DNA of 62,575 nucleotides, filler included. It is 10 parts of 10 records of this genome, joined end to end, with 100 filler letters (N's around TTAATTAATTAA, not from the genome) between each part and the next. Parts side by side here need not be neighbours in the genome. Positions count along the whole stretch, not along the records: positions 33,018 to 37,464 come from SRR7504441_11343; positions 37,565 to 40,567 come from SRR7504441_11347; positions 40,668 to 43,855 come from SRR7504441_11349; positions 43,956 to 47,022 come from SRR7504441_11350; 6 more parts are not named here. The stretch is one strand, 5' to 3'. Position 1 is the stretch's first letter, and each line of letters opens with the position of its first letter. Made by a program: the position numbers and the translations under genes. The notes under the pieces are model-generated. The model saw only the letters and a list, made by a program, of their open reading frames with translations, was not told the origin of the DNA and searched no databases. This document shows, one piece after another, positions 34,410 through 44,147 of this stretch.

Positions 34410-34890
34410 ATGTCCGGGCGGCTGGTGTCGTTCGACGAGTCCGGGATCCGGGTGCTCGATGCGGACAAGTTCGAGGAGTCGCGGAAGATGGCCGACGAGT
34501 GCAAGGCCTTCGTAGAGAGTGCCCACCCCCCGGCCCGCGCCCGGCTGACCCCCCGGCAGAGGTCACCGAGTTCAACGACAAAGTCACGGCCGTGGTGAGC
34601 GCCGTGGACGGGCAAGCTCAGCACATTGAGAGCGAGAAGATGAAGGTCGGCCCGCCCCACGGCCGGGCCCGAGCCCTGGCCAGGCGATCGGGCTGCGCAA
34701 CAAGTTGGACGGGGAGGAGACCAACAGGCGCCAGCGGCAGCTGGAGCTGCAGTCGCTCATCAATGACAAAAAGCACGAGTGCGAGCGGTGAGCCACGGCC
34801 GGCCGGCCGGGCTGAGCGCGCGGACAGGCTGAACGTGCAGCTGGAGTCGTTGGTGAAGGTGGAGCAAGAGCAGAAGGCCCTGATAAGTAC
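34410..34890 (+). CDS. IFT20: Intraflagellar transport protein 20 (3 introns; 3' end unresolved)
   Basis: FDESGIRVLD...ECKAFVE|KVTEF...IESEKMK|AIGLRN...ER|LNVQLESLVKVEQEQKALI. Confidence 0.92.
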
Positions 34891-35306
34891 CCGACCGTTC
34901 CATATCCTGCTCGTGCTTCGACTTCTTGTGCCACCAGCAGCACATTGCGATCCCAACACACAGAAGGCAGGCCCCAACACAGCCGCCGATAAGCCCGATC
35001 ACCTGATCGAGGCCAGTCAGTGTCCCGACAGAGGGGAGGGCAGACCAAGGCCGTGTTGGTATCACAACACTCGCTGGCTTTCTGGGCCCAGCATAAGTCG
35101 TTGTAGTAGTGGCCGGTTGACATGACATAAAAGTCGCCGTTCTTCCAGCAGTCGGTCTTGTCTTCGAAGCTGCCGCAGGTTCCAGACCAGCCGGTGCACG
35201 AGCCGCCGTCGTCACCGGTCGCATAAGCCACTCCATTGATGACGCACCCGCCACAATCGCTAGCGTGGATGACCGCCGGCAGCAGGAGCGCCAAGCTCGC
35301 CCGCAT
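34887..35306 (-). CDS. Small Cys-rich type I membrane protein (3' end unresolved)
   Basis: Signal peptide, Cys-rich ectodomain, intron, TM VIGLIGGCVGACLLCVGIAMCCWW then HKKSK. Confidence 0.7.
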
Positions 35307-35673
35307 GGTGACTGCCTGACTGGGCGCCTCAAGTATTTTTTTTTCTCGGTGCTTTGCGTACTGTACGCGTAGCCTGAGCCGGCTCCGTCATTTAAGCAGT
35401 ACTGCCTGTACTGGATCTCGAGCGCGCCGTGTACATAGCCGTCAAGCAAGTGGAAGGCGGGGTGTCCGCAAGGAAGCCCAGCTATATATACGCCCGGACA
35501 CGTGAAATGCATTTTAATGCACTTTACAAGGAGTCAAGGACCGGTACGTGACAGTCGTGACTGGTGAGCATGTCTAGACAGGCATATATTCATGCCGCCT
35601 TAATGGCACTCCTGTGGCGCCCGCGCCCCGGACCCTAGTCTTGATTGCTGAAGCGCACCGGATAGCACGCTGC

Positions 35674-36996
35674 TCACAGCGCGCTGGTGCCTTCGACACA
35701 GCACCTGAATAGCTTCTCGACGTTGTGCGGCTCGAGCGCGATAGGGTTGGTCCCAGCAGTAGGGTCAACAACCGCCATCGGGACCAGATTGGGGATGTGA
35801 TCTGCCTGCACTCCGATCTCGGCAAGTGTGTGCGGGATTTCAAAAAGCTCCCTCAGCTCTAGAACCCACTTGTGCAGACCCGCCCACGACGGATCCTCCA
35901 GATTGAGGTAACTGCCCAGCGCTCGGCCAGGCATGCGGGCCGGCGCACCGGGCCAGGTCGGCGGCCTTGTCCTCGATGGCCGGCTTGTTGAACTCGAGTA
36001 CGTACGGCATCACCACAGCGTTGGTCAATCCGTGATGTGTGTCGTGCACAGCACCGCACGGGTGCGCAAGCGAATGCATCGCCCCGAGGCCCTTCTGGAA
36101 CGCGGTTGCACCGGCGGTCGAGGCCACTTGCATGTGTGCCCGGGCAGTCAGATCGCTCCCGTCTTTGACCGCGCCAGGTAGGTGCTCCTTGACTAGTCGC
36201 GCTCCTTCGATAGCAATCCCCTGGGCCATTGGGTGGTATACAGGGCTAAAATACGCCTCCAGGCAGTGCGACAGCGCATCCATCCCCACCTGCCCCATCT
36301 GTCCGCCCCGGCCGGCCGGCGCGGCGTACGGCGGCCGTGATGTTGGCCGGCAGCCCAGCAGTAACTGCTGGGTCCAGAATAACTTGGGCTGGGAGCATAT
36401 TTGGGTGGAAAATAATCTTCTTGGTCTGTCAACGGACTCAGCCTGGCCCAGCTGCGCCGGCGCACGTGGGTCTGCTCGTCGGTGATCACAGAGGCCCTGC
36501 CCACTTCCGAGCCGGTGCCCGAGGTGGTGGGTACCGCCACCACTGGGGCCATCCCAGCAACGTTCACCTTGGCCGCATCCCAGTGCTCGTCGTCAACGTA
36601 CGTCCACAGGTCGTGCTCTTGCCCCACCATCAGCGCGATCGCCTTGCCAGCGTCCAGCGCGCTCCCACCGCCAAAAGCCACCACCCCATCGCACTCGTTC
36701 TGCTTGTAGCTCGCCACGCCCGCCTCCACGTTGGCCCCTACAGGGTTGCCGCGCACCTCAGAGAACATGCGCATCTCCATCCCGTCCGTCCCAGCCGCCT
36801 GCTCGAGCGCGGCTTGCACCATCGGGCTGTCCGCGAGACCGTTGTCGGTCACCAGCAGCGGTCGGCGCATCCCTAGCGCCTGGCAGCTGCTCGGGAGCTC
36901 GGAAATCCGACCGGCCCCGAAGGCGATCGCGGTCGGGTAGTTCCAGTTGCCCGGAGCCGCCGCGGCGTGGTACAGCCGCCGAGTCGCCCTCCGCAT
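35674..36996 (-). CDS. Iron-containing alcohol dehydrogenase, 3 introns, short presequence
   Basis: NWNYPTAIAFGAG, GGGSALDAGK, PTTSGTGSE, GMDALSHCLE, HSLAH, HHGLTNA. Confidence 0.93.
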
Positions 36997-37851
36997 GAGC
37001 TTGATGAGAAACGCACCTCGAGCGCTGAGGAGAAAGTTCGTTACGGTTGGGCTTGCCGCGACCTTCGGCGCTGGCTTCAATTCATTTAGCGGGGGGGGGA
37101 CTAAAGAAATGCCCTACAATGAAACCGGTTGGTTATGTGTAAGAATGGTCCCCTCTAGTGCAACAAATACAACCTTAAAGCGGTTTTGCATAACTTTTTT
37201 TTTCGGTGCAATGGAATAGTCGCTTCAAGTAATTGATCCAGTGTTGACAGTTCTAGTGCCGGTCTTCTGCCTCATCGGACGACTCGGAGTGGTCCACCAC
37301 ATCAGTGGGGCGCAGTCCTGCGCTGCCGTCGATCTCCATCACACATGATGGACAATGCCGCCTGGACCTGCCGGGCGATTCCCTTGGCGAGCGCGAGCGG
37401 GGACGCGGGGAGCTCAGTCGGCGGTCCAGCCGCGGCGACGCGAGGCGATGCCACTCACCACCGCNNNNNNNNNNNNNNNNNNNNNNNNNNNNNNNNNNNN
37501 NNNNNNNNTTAATTAATTAANNNNNNNNNNNNNNNNNNNNNNNNNNNNNNNNNNNNNNNNNNNNATTCAATGACTAAAATTAGACTATGGCAATGTGCCA
37601 TAAGCCATCAGAACAAACTCACTAATTAGCCTGAGTACGTACATTACGCGACATGATTATGCATTGTAGTCACTTTGAACCACTTGTTCTCGAGATGATC
37701 ATTAATATTTGATTGTTAAGATGTGTCAACTGAAGACAACAAAATTAGCACGCACAACGCGTCATTCTGATACAAGTTAAAACCGAGCTGGCCCTGATCT
37801 GCCAGCTCTGTATGGTACATTCTGTCATGCCAAAGGCAGACAGCTCTGGGT

Positions 37852-40494
37852 TCACTTCTTGTGGCGGAAGATCATGCCTTGGGCTCCGATCAACTCGTAA
37901 AACCGCGAGTGATGCCGGATGGTCAGCGGCATCACCCAGCGGTCAATCGCCTCAAAGCCAGCCTCGTCCAGCACATTAGCCACAGCCTCGGTGCAGCTTG
38001 CGCCGCCGTCTTGCCCTCCGAGCCACTCGCTGCGTTCGGTGAACTCTGGCTTCCAGGAGAAGGGGCTCGTGATCATCAGCATCCCTCCGGGGGTGACCAG
38101 CTGCTTCATATTCTGCAGAACAGTCTTGGGCTTGCTCAGCCGGCAGAGCAGGTTGCCGAGCAGTACGGCATCGTACTGCTGCTGGCCCCACTCCTGCGAA
38201 CTTGGGTTCGTGGCATCGCCTTGCACGAAGCTCAGCCGGTCACGCACGACTGAAGCCGGGACCACTGCAGTGAACTCCTCCCGGGCGTCGCCTTCGGCTT
38301 GGATCGAGTAGCTCAGCTTTCCATGCTGCTGCAGCTGCTGCGCGGTGTCCACGAAGCCATGGCTGTACTCAACTCCTGTCACCTCCGAGTATCCCTCCTT
38401 CTGGTCGGCCAGTGCAAAAGAAGCTCCGCCCACACCGCAGCCGAGGTCGAGCGCATTCCGCCGGGGGGCCTTGAGCTTGATCGCCGTCTCGATCAGCGTC
38501 TGGCCACACCGGGCCGGAAAGTTGACAGCCTCAGCAGGCACCCATTCGGGCACAGCCTCCGGGGGGAAGTGCAGGTGCAGATACCGGTTGGCCCACTCCT
38601 CCTGCTCGTAGTCGGCTTGGGTCTGGCGCACCTTTTCGGTGGCCATCGAGGCCGGCACCGCCGAGCCAGCTTGCTTGACTGAGCCGTCGGAAGCGAGGTA
38701 GTTGGGCGGCTCGACGTAGTCGGCTGCCTGGCGATATGGAGCCTGCGCGCTTGCATACGGGCCGGGCGAATCCATGCAGGCCGTGACCAGCCAGGGCTGC
38801 TCGTGCGGCTGCACCACCCGGAAGCCCGCGTGCTGGAAGAAATGCGGCCGGAACTGGTACCGCGCAAACACCGACGCCTGGTCGCCTGTCGAGATGAACG
38901 AGCCTCCCATGATCATATTATGTTCCCCGTCAAAGCACGGCAGCGTGAAGTCGTCGTACAGCTTGTGCAGCTCGAACCCGGGGAAGGCATTCTGGTGGTC
39001 TTCGCACCAATCCCAAGCATTGCCGAACACGTCCGCAAAGCCTTTGCCATTCGGCTCGGCTGCGGTGACTGCGCGTTCGGCGCCAGCGACCAGGTTGTAA
39101 TTATTGCCGGTGCTTGGCTGCATGATCGGGTCGTCGCTCGGCTCCAGATCCCGCAGCTGCCAGTGCTCGGCCTCGGTCAGCACACGGTACGGAGCGTCTT
39201 TCGAGCCGTCCTTGCGAGTCTTCCAAGCGCAGTAAGCCTTAGCCTCGTGGTAATTCACCACTGCCGGCCAGTCCCACTGCATCGGCTGCTCCGAGAACAC
39301 CGTCCGCAGATTAAACTGGTTCAACCCGTTAGGGCCAGTCGTGCGCCAGAAGGTCGGCGCGCGCACGTTCCTGAAGCAGGCCCATCCCCACCCATTGTCG
39401 GACCAGAGCGACTGGTCACGGTAACCGCCGTCGGTGACGAACTCGTAGAACTCGCCGTTGGTCACCTGGAACTCGGAAGCCGAGAACCTGCCCACCTTCA
39501 TCGGCTTGCTCCCATACTCGTTATCCCATCCATAAGTCGGCTCATTGGCCGCCTTGCCCATCGTGACCTCGCCAGCAGGCACCTCGATCATCCGGTTAAC
39601 CGCCGGAAAATTCTCCCCGCGCGCCGGCGGCTGCCAGCCGGCCTCGGTGCAGCTGAGCTGGAGTTTCGCCCAGCCCTCGGGCTCCTGGACCAGTTCTAGA
39701 GGCAGCTCTCGCATCAGCACGCTGCTAGTCTCAAGGTGGATTCTCTCGTGCTCGAACCCCATCGGCACAGACCACCAGGGCGAGTCCTGCAGTCCGGCGG
39801 CCAGCGACTCAAAGTCCGGGCCGTTCTCTATCACGTCGACAACTTTGTTGTACGCCTCGGCGCGGTACCGATGCACGTCCCGAATCGCAGGCCAGTCCAT
39901 GTGGTTCTTGGACAGGTCGTCCCAGCGCATCTCGTCCACGCCGGTCTCGAAGATCGCCTCGAAGTACGGCTCGATCGGCTGGTCGAGCAGCCCGGCCAGC
40001 CGGAACTTATTTATGTAAAACGCAGCCGTGTGCCCGTAGTAGAAGATGAGCGGGTGGCGCAAGTCGTGGTAAGGGGGGCGGTAGTACGGCTCCTCGCCCT
40101 TGAGCCCGGCGAACAGCATCTCGGTCATGCTCCAGGTGTTGTCGAAATACTGCTTCAGCTCGGCCCGGCTCGCGGTCTTCAGGTTGGGGAACGGAAGCGA
40201 CCCGGCCGCCTGGGGCTTAGGGCCGGTCCACCAGCTATCGGGCCGGGGCCCGTGCAGCCACCCGTCGTCGCCCTGGGTGTTCTGCCTCCAGTCAGTCACT
40301 TGTTGCTGGTCGTCCGCCAGCGCGAGCGTGGCGGCCAGCTCCCGCTGCCCAACGGCCTCGGCTCCGGCGAGCGTGGCAAGAGGGTGCGAGGGAGGCCGGG
40401 TGGAGGAGGTGGAGAAGCTCTTCCGGAAGGCCGGGCGGCCCTTGTAAAGAAATAACTTGACCTTGTCTTGGGCGGCGCGGTAGGAGGCGTACAT
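37852..40494 (-). CDS. ovoA: Ovothiol synthase (5-histidylcysteine sulfoxide synthase + SAM methyltransferase), intronless
   Basis: LRHPLIFYYGHTA, GVDEMRWDD, GFEHERIHLETSSVL (HX3HXE), GWDNEYG, YDDF, FRPHFFQHAGFR, ALDLGCGVG. Confidence 0.95.
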   Translation of the reverse strand: MYASYRAAQDKVKLFLYKGRPAFRKSFSTSSTRPPSHPLATLAGAEAVGQRELAATLALADDQQQVTDWRQNTQGDDGWLHGPRPDSWWTGPKPQAAGSLPFPNLKTASRAELKQYFDNTWSMTEMLFAGLKGEEPYYRPPYHDLRHPLIFYYGHTAAFYINKFRLAGLLDQPIEPYFEAIFETGVDEMRWDDLSKNHMDWPAIRDVHRYRAEAYNKVVDVIENGPDFESLAAGLQDSPWWSVPMGFEHERIHLETSSVLMRELPLELVQEPEGWAKLQLSCTEAGWQPPARGENFPAVNRMIEVPAGEVTMGKAANEPTYGWDNEYGSKPMKVGRFSASEFQVTNGEFYEFVTDGGYRDQSLWSDNGWGWACFRNVRAPTFWRTTGPNGLNQFNLRTVFSEQPMQWDWPAVVNYHEAKAYCAWKTRKDGSKDAPYRVLTEAEHWQLRDLEPSDDPIMQPSTGNNYNLVAGAERAVTAAEPNGKGFADVFGNAWDWCEDHQNAFPGFELHKLYDDFTLPCFDGEHNMIMGGSFISTGDQASVFARYQFRPHFFQHAGFRVVQPHEQPWLVTACMDSPGPYASAQAPYRQAADYVEPPNYLASDGSVKQAGSAVPASMATEKVRQTQADYEQEEWANRYLHLHFPPEAVPEWVPAEAVNFPARCGQTLIETAIKLKAPRRNALDLGCGVGGASFALADQKEGYSEVTGVEYSHGFVDTAQQLQQHGKLSYSIQAEGDAREEFTAVVPASVVRDRLSFVQGDATNPSSQEWGQQQYDAVLLGNLLCRLSKPKTVLQNMKQLVTPGGMLMITSPFSWKPEFTERSEWLGGQDGGASCTEAVANVLDEAGFEAIDRWVMPLTIRHHSRFYELIGAQGMIFRHKK

Positions 40495-40676
40495 GTTGAA
40501 GCGCTGAAACCTATCCGCGCTCGAAGCGGCCAGTTCAGTTGTCGGTCAACAAGATCTGACCTAGATANNNNNNNNNNNNNNNNNNNNNNNNNNNNNNNNN
40601 NNNNNNNNNNNTTAATTAATTAANNNNNNNNNNNNNNNNNNNNNNNNNNNNNNNNNNNNNNNNNNNNGCGGCGTCG

Positions 40677-43600
40677 ATGGAGGATTTGGAACGAGCCAAG
40701 GTGAGCTCGCTCGACCAAATGAGGGAGCTCCTGGGTAAGATGGTGCAGGAGTCCGACCGGCTTAAGGAGGCCACCAAGGTGGCGCTCAAGCCAATACAAG
40801 ACCGGTTGGCGATGGCAGAGATGCGGCTGCAGGAGGTCACGCACAGCGACATCCTGCCAATGGTCGAGGCCCGGATGGCCAAGTTGCGGTCGGAGCTCCT
40901 CAACGGGTTGAGCACCTCTGTGGATGGATGGCGGACGAGTCTGAAGGCGCACATATCGCAGGGAGTCAAGGAGGCACTCAAGGGGGACTCTGAGAGTGTA
41001 GTGGAATACGTCCGGCGGACCAAGAACGAGATGGCGATCTTCCGGAAGGACTGTGAGGACGAGCTGGAATCCATGTTCATGAAGATGATGGAGCGAGCCA
41101 GCGAACGGGATGGCAGCATGGCGCTGATGGAGGAGCTTGTGCGGTCGACGGTACAGCAGTGCCAGGTGCTGAAGCACGACGTGGATAAGCTTTTGAAAGA
41201 GCTCGGTGTAGAGGAGCGGGCGATGCTGCAGCAGGAGGTAGCCAAAGTGGTGCTGCTCATGACAGCCAATAGCCAGGAAATTGAAAAGGTGAGGCTCGAT
41301 ACGTCCGCAGAGCTGTCACAGCTTTTTGAGAGGACGAACATGGCAGATATGGAACAGCAAGCACAGCTGGCTGCCTTATCGCGGGACCTGAAGCGACAGA
41401 ATATGCTTGTGGACGATAAGATCCTCCGGCTGGAGGAGCACCTGATGGATGCTGCAAGCAGTGAGCAAGTGCGCAGCATGATCGAAGATATGGACAGAGA
41501 AGGCGGCTCCCTCAAGGGCCTCCGGGTGCGGATGCGAGCAATCGACCGTTGGAGAGATCAATTTGTACCAGAGACAAAGCTCTCGCTCTCGTTGAGCTTT
41601 GAACAGCTGCGCAAGCAAGCTGAACTGCTGAATCAGCTGTTGGATGCGACTGGCCTGCCAACAGATCGTCTCTCACCAATGAGCCCAATGGTCCCCAAGA
41701 TCCCACTGGGCACTTTGACGATTCCAGATGACTTGGACAACTACGAGAATACTGCCGATGACTACGATAGCTACTCTACAGCTGCCAGCCCATACAGCAC
41801 CACTAAGCCTGGAGGCCCAACCCCACCGGCTTCATCCAGATCCGCTAAAACAGAAGCAGGCACCGCGGCCACAGGGCAGCCTAAAAACCGACAAGCCCGC
41901 AGGCCTAGCACTGGTGGTGCTATCCGCAGACCAAGTACCGCCGGCGCTAAAAGTCGAAGGTCGAGCTTAGGCAGCGATAGGACTGTCTCGGCGCCGGGCT
42001 CTCCAGGTCGGGCCAAGGCAGAACAAAGGCGGACCAGCAAGGCTGACATCGCCTTTGGGTCTGGTCAAGCACGGGGCATGTCCTCTGCAGAGATGAATGC
42101 AAACGCACCCTTACCGATGGCCAGTCCACGTGTTGAAAAGGCCGAGACCCGGCGATTCTCAACAAAGCACTCCCCGACGCGACCGAGCGCTTCAGATATT
42201 ACAGTGCCTATTTTTCAAGTACCCGTGTCTGAGGCTGCAGTCAATATGGTGCGACAAGCCGCCACCTGGCTTGATGAGCACGCCCTTGATACGCCTGGCC
42301 TTTGGCGTGAGAGTGGCGACACAGGAGCAATCGATCGAATGCGCGACCAATTCCAACTTGGGCAAACCACTCTTCCACCTATGGGGGACAAGATGATTAT
42401 TGCTCACAATATTACAGGTCTGATCATTAGGTTCCTGCTTCAGGTGCCAGGTAAACTGATCAATAGTGGTATAGCCAGTCAGCTCATTGAAGCGTCCACA
42501 TTCCGCACCAGCGACCAACGGCAGGCTGGACTACGACAGGCTCTTGCAGCCTTACAGCCAGCCTCACAAGCAATTATTGGTTGCCTTCTAGATCATTGGC
42601 AGCGTGTTGCTGAAAATAGTGCCATTAATACGATGAGCTTCCGAAACGTGGCAATTGTGGTCTTTGGAGCCCTCTGCAAATTTGAAAATCCTGCGGATAT
42701 GACAAAGATGCTCCCACCAATTGAGTTGCTGATTCGCATGGGTAGCAAGGCAGCGGGACTCTCACCAGACGGCCAAATGGCAGCCTCGCTCGGTTTGCCG
42801 TCTGTTGAGTCACTTTTCCCTGGTAGACCAAGTAGAACAGCTCGCACACTATATGACGAAGCATCGTCGATTTCTGCTCACAGACAAGCTGTGCAGTTGG
42901 GCAGCCGGCAATTGCCGAAAAGGGCCTCTGGTCTCTCCATACTCCGCCTGGCCTTTGCAGATCTGACTCAAGGCGAGGTGGGGTTCCGGTTAGAGTCATG
43001 GCGCCAGAACTGTGCGCATGCATTCGAGACGGACCCCCACCTCGCCTCCAGTCAGATCTGCAAAGGCCAGGCGGAATATGAGGAGACCGATGTGAGACGA
43101 GATCTGCCTGGTGTGCAGACGTCAGATGATCTAGATGATATACTAGCCGAGTCCAACATCGAACCTGATCCTCTGGAAGAGATACTGGCAGAAACCGACA
43201 AGCTGGATGACATTTTATTCGACCCTGCCGAGCCTTCTGCCAGTATCTCTTCCCGAGGATCACGTTCGAATCCCGGTAGTCCCAAACAGAAAACTCCCAA
43301 GCGAAGCAGCCCTAAAAAGCAATCGCCAGAAAGCAAGGACACTGACAGCCCTCTGCATCCCGCCTGGGCTGCAGCAAAGGCTGGGGCACCGTCGGATAGT
43401 CCAGGCGCTAGCCCAACTATCTCACCTCGCTCACCTCGTGGCTTTGGAGGAGGCTCCCTGCTAGCCCGACTATCTCACCTCGACATTCCTCCTGTAGATG
43501 GCGACACTACGATGAGCCCTACTTCGAATACGACTTCTCCTCAAGGGGGAGATTCTTCTCCGCGTGGCGAAAGCGATTCGCCTCGAGGCTTTGGGAGTTC

Positions 43601-43820
43601 GCTGCTTGGCAATTATTCCCTTTCAGCCCTACGAACTGCGCCCGAAGATGACCCAGATGCAAATAGCTCCTTGGGCGGCACTTTTGGAGGCGGATCGCTG
43701 CTTGATATAGCTTTGCAAGGCACGCGTGACGACGACGCTCCGACTGAGACAAGTGACCTTGGTGGTGGCTGGGACACAGCCAGAACGGCTAGGTCTGACG
43801 ACTCTGGGGCTTCATTATGA
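40677..43820 (+). CDS. Coiled-coil + RhoGAP domain protein, probably 5'-partial
   Basis: PGLWRESG arginine finger, HNITGLIIRFL, INTMSFRNVAIVVF. Confidence 0.85.
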   Translation: MEDLERAKVSSLDQMRELLGKMVQESDRLKEATKVALKPIQDRLAMAEMRLQEVTHSDILPMVEARMAKLRSELLNGLSTSVDGWRTSLKAHISQGVKEALKGDSESVVEYVRRTKNEMAIFRKDCEDELESMFMKMMERASERDGSMALMEELVRSTVQQCQVLKHDVDKLLKELGVEERAMLQQEVAKVVLLMTANSQEIEKVRLDTSAELSQLFERTNMADMEQQAQLAALSRDLKRQNMLVDDKILRLEEHLMDAASSEQVRSMIEDMDREGGSLKGLRVRMRAIDRWRDQFVPETKLSLSLSFEQLRKQAELLNQLLDATGLPTDRLSPMSPMVPKIPLGTLTIPDDLDNYENTADDYDSYSTAASPYSTTKPGGPTPPASSRSAKTEAGTAATGQPKNRQARRPSTGGAIRRPSTAGAKSRRSSLGSDRTVSAPGSPGRAKAEQRRTSKADIAFGSGQARGMSSAEMNANAPLPMASPRVEKAETRRFSTKHSPTRPSASDITVPIFQVPVSEAAVNMVRQAATWLDEHALDTPGLWRESGDTGAIDRMRDQFQLGQTTLPPMGDKMIIAHNITGLIIRFLLQVPGKLINSGIASQLIEASTFRTSDQRQAGLRQALAALQPASQAIIGCLLDHWQRVAENSAINTMSFRNVAIVVFGALCKFENPADMTKMLPPIELLIRMGSKAAGLSPDGQMAASLGLPSVESLFPGRPSRTARTLYDEASSISAHRQAVQLGSRQLPKRASGLSILRLAFADLTQGEVGFRLESWRQNCAHAFETDPHLASSQICKGQAEYEETDVRRDLPGVQTSDDLDDILAESNIEPDPLEEILAETDKLDDILFDPAEPSASISSRGSRSNPGSPKQKTPKRSSPKKQSPESKDTDSPLHPAWAAAKAGAPSDSPGASPTISPRSPRGFGGGSLLARLSHLDIPPVDGDTTMSPTSNTTSPQGGDSSPRGESDSPRGFGSSLLGNYSLSALRTAPEDDPDANSSLGGTFGGGSLLDIALQGTRDDDAPTETSDLGGGWDTARTARSDDSGASL

Positions 43821-44147
43821 TTAGCTATCTCTTACCTGTGCGGAGACCCCACTGGNNNNNNNNNNNNNNNNNNNNNNNNNNNNNNNNNNNNNNNNNNNNT
43901 TAATTAATTAANNNNNNNNNNNNNNNNNNNNNNNNNNNNNNNNNNNNNNNNNNNNCGAATGTCTGGCACCTACTCTAACCGACGATAAGCACTCAGGCAC
44001 CATCTCTTATTATAATAATCACGCCGTGCTTATCAGCCTATTCGAAATCCCATACTTGCGAGCGAGTACATGAATATACATGCATTCAACAAAAGTCATC
44101 AAAATACAATTGTAATACATGTACAATTGATATGCAAGAGACTCATG

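Noticed and set aside
38803-40455. Long antisense ORFs opposite OvoA and other genes
   Set aside because: Expected shadow ORFs of GC-rich coding sequence; no recognisable motifs.
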